NCBI GenBank assembly: GCA_965213675.1
Contig: OZ243916.1
Location: 2,560,001-2,624,000 of the forward strand
Source: an uncultured Candidatus Binatia bacterium
GTDB lineage: Bacteria; Desulfobacterota; Binatia; UBA9968; JAJDTQ01
Direction: 5' to 3'
Length of the DNA: 64,000 nt
A program made the translations under genes and the position numbers. This document shows, one piece after another, positions 63,868 to 64,000 of this stretch. The notes under the pieces were generated by a model. That model was not told the origin of the DNA, did no database searches, and worked only from the letters and a program-made list of their open reading frames with translations. Positions within the stretch are counted from its first letter, which is position 1, and every line of letters starts with the position of its first letter.

Positions 63868-64000
63868 ATGGAAACCCTGTTCAACAGTCCGGACAAGTTC
63901 CAGAGCCGTTTCGTCACCGTCGACGGCTACAAGACCCACTATATCGAGGCCGGGGAGGGAAACCCACAGAAACTTTTGCTGGGGCACGGCCGCGTCATCG
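63868..64000 (+). CDS. Alpha/beta hydrolase, N-terminal fragment running off the window edge
   Basis: METLFNSPDKFQSRFVTVDGYKTHYIEAGEGNPQKLLLGHG, a typical alpha/beta-hydrolase N-terminus. Confidence 0.7.
   Translation, partial: METLFNSPDKFQSRFVTVDGYKTHYIEAGEGNPQKLLLGHGRVI

Overview
High-GC bacterial chromosomal window, mostly housekeeping and metabolic genes: holA, thiS-thiG-thiE, tRNA-Thr(CGT), trmFO, dprA, der, era, greA, ligA, rsmI, peptide ABC transporters (oppD/F-type ATPases and a yejABEF-like locus with E and F fused), a MoxR-DUF58-vWA operon, and a tandem alpha-beta-alpha Rieske ring-hydroxylating oxygenase cluster. Accessory elements are a ~2,240-aa Calx-beta/Ig autotransporter carrying a duplicated Cys-bracketed helical module, a lower-GC two-gene cassette (possible nuclease plus helical partner) and a decayed PRTase-like conflict-domain remnant. 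The best candidate for an undescribed system is a tightly coupled 7-gene operon (38156-44877). It encodes a GlmL/MutL-family ASKHA ATPase with no glutamate mutase genes nearby, four membrane or membrane-anchored proteins of unknown function (one DUF6754-like), a small helical protein, and a barrel-sandwich-hybrid/KOW-like protein. The gene content suggests a deltaproteobacteria-like, possibly sponge-associated, organism, but that is inference only. All family calls come from motif recognition by eye; no searches were run.
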